Below, one piece after another: positions 62,401 to 64,000 of a DNA stretch of 64,000 bases. The notes under the pieces were generated by a model. The model did no database searches. It saw nothing but the letters and a program-made list of their open reading frames with translations, and had not been told where the DNA came from. Within the stretch, counting starts at the first letter, position 1. Each line of letters starts with the position of its first letter. Made by a program: the position numbers and the translations under genes. The stretch lies in the NCBI RefSeq assembly GCF_000143415.4, contig NW_003314338.1:838771-902770 (forward strand). The letters run 5' to 3'. Origin of the DNA: Selaginella moellendorffii. Its lineage: Eukaryota > Plantae > Lycopodiophyta.

Positions 62401-64000
62401 GATTTGCCACTAAGGCTACCCCCTAGCTGTGAGGTTGATCATCAGATTGAGGTTATTCCGGGTTCTAAACCACCTACGAAAGCTCCGTATCGGTTGAACA
62501 TCAAGGAGATGGCTGAACTCAAGAAGCAACTCACGGAGCTTCTTGACAAAGGTCATATCCGACCTAGCAAGTCACCTTATGAAGCACCAATCCTTTTTGT
62601 TATGAAAAAGGATGGAACCATGAGGATGTGTATTGACTATCGGGCACTCAACAAGATCACGGTTAAGAACAGTTATCCTTTGCCTCGCATTGATGACTTG
62701 TTTGACCAACTCTTAAAGGCTAAATATTTTACACGACTTGATTTGCGGTCCGGGTATCATCAGATATGGGTGGCGAATCAGGATGTGGAGAAGACAACCT
62801 TTAAGACTTGATACGGATCTTATGAGTTCCTTGTCATGCCATTCGGGTTATGCAATGCTCCGGCAACGTTCAACACTATGATGGATAGAATATTCGGAGA
62901 TTATTTGGATGCATTTGTCGTCCTATATATCGATGATGTTCTAGTCTTTAGTGAAACGTTGGAGGATCATTTGAAACACTTGGAGCTGGTGTTTCAGAAG
63001 TTGTGCGAACACAAACTGTATGCTAAGGAAAGTAAATGCACTTTTGGTCAATTGCGTGTAAACTTTCTCGGACATATAATTGGTGGTGGCGTGATTGAAG
63101 TCGATCCAAAGAAAGTGGAAGCGGTGAAGTCCTGGGAAATCCCGACCACTGTATCAGATGTTCGTTCCTTTCTTGGTTTGGCAGGATACTATCGCAAGTT
63201 TGTCCGCAATTTTGCAAGAACTGCTCTTTCGTTGACTGAGTTGACGAAGAGTAGTATTCCGTTTCATTGGACGCCAGCTTGTCAGCGTGCTTTTGTACGG
63301 TTGAAGGAGATCTTGACTACGGTTCTTGTTCTCAGGATCCCAGATCTTGATAAACCCTTTGAAGTGCATTGTGATGCATCTGGTTATGCTATTGGTACCG
63401 TGTTACAGCAAGATTGTGACAAAGCCGTTGGTGTTACGCTAAGGCGACATAGTTGTCCCGTTGCGTTCTATTTCAAGAAATTGGATGAAACCCAACGAAG
63501 ATGGCCAAAGCATGAGAAAGAGATGTTTGCTATAGTGTCGGCCCTGGAACACTGGAGACACTACTTGGGTGGACACACCAAGGTTTATATAGATAGTAAC
63601 ACACTAAGCTACTTTGCTACGCAGCCTAAGCTTACGCTGAAGCAGGCTTGTTGGCAAGAGAAGCTTGCTAGATATGATATTGAAATCATATATAAACCTG
63701 GTAAAGACAATATTGTTCCGGATGCGTTGAGTCGTCAAGCTTAGTTCCGGGAAATATCGGCAATCAGTTCGGACTGGTTGGAAGATGTTCGAGCTTCGTA
63801 TGGAAGTGATCCATTGGCAAAGGTAATCTTATGCCGTGCGGGGTTGTTGAAGCAAAGCCCTGGTAGTGAAGCAGCAAAAGTTGCTAGTTGCACTAATGTG
63901 AAACTTCACTTCTCAGTTTGGGATGGGCTTATATTCTATAAGCAAGAAAGATTGTATCTTCCCTCTAAGGATCTTCAGCAGTTATTTCTGCGGGAACATC
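59431..64000 (+). mobile_element. Ty3/gypsy LTR retrotransposon, 5' part (defective)
   Basis: 5' LTR 59431-60348 (TG...CA); PBS TGGTATCAGAG (60351-60361); gag with [14 protein letters not shown] knuckle; protease MIDTGATHS; RT YIDDVL; RNase H HCDASG. In-frame stops at 60675, 62809 and 63742; frameshift near 61180. Confidence 0.96.

Overview
Gene-dense plant nuclear DNA. Very short (~50-65 nt) GT-AG introns, PLS-type PPR remnants and tiny intergenic gaps point to a compact-genome land plant, most likely the lycophyte Selaginella (inference). Apparently intact genes: a rhodanese-like protein (runs off the window), a GDSL-family protein, an S8 subtilase, proteasome beta-6, a RIN2/AMFR-type RING E3 ligase, RNA Pol III RPC8, N-acetylglutamate synthase, ornithine carbamoyltransferase, acetolactate synthase, maltose exporter MEX1, HMGB, an F-box/LRR protein and GH3. 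The top finding is a three-exon secreted-peptide precursor (36666-37260) that the ORF track misses. It ends in DYAGPKRHPPHSH*, an RGF/GOLVEN/CLEL-type sulfopeptide motif. The left half has been reshaped by decayed Helitrons, local duplications and gene-fragment copies (RIN2 3' end x5, a KEG-like fragment, a NAP1 3' end, inverted GDSL and subtilase pseudogenes). The right end holds a GH3 duplication, a Mutator-like element with a 9-bp TSD and two oppositely oriented Ty3/gypsy chromovirus copies. All exon boundaries and family calls were read by eye; no searches were run.
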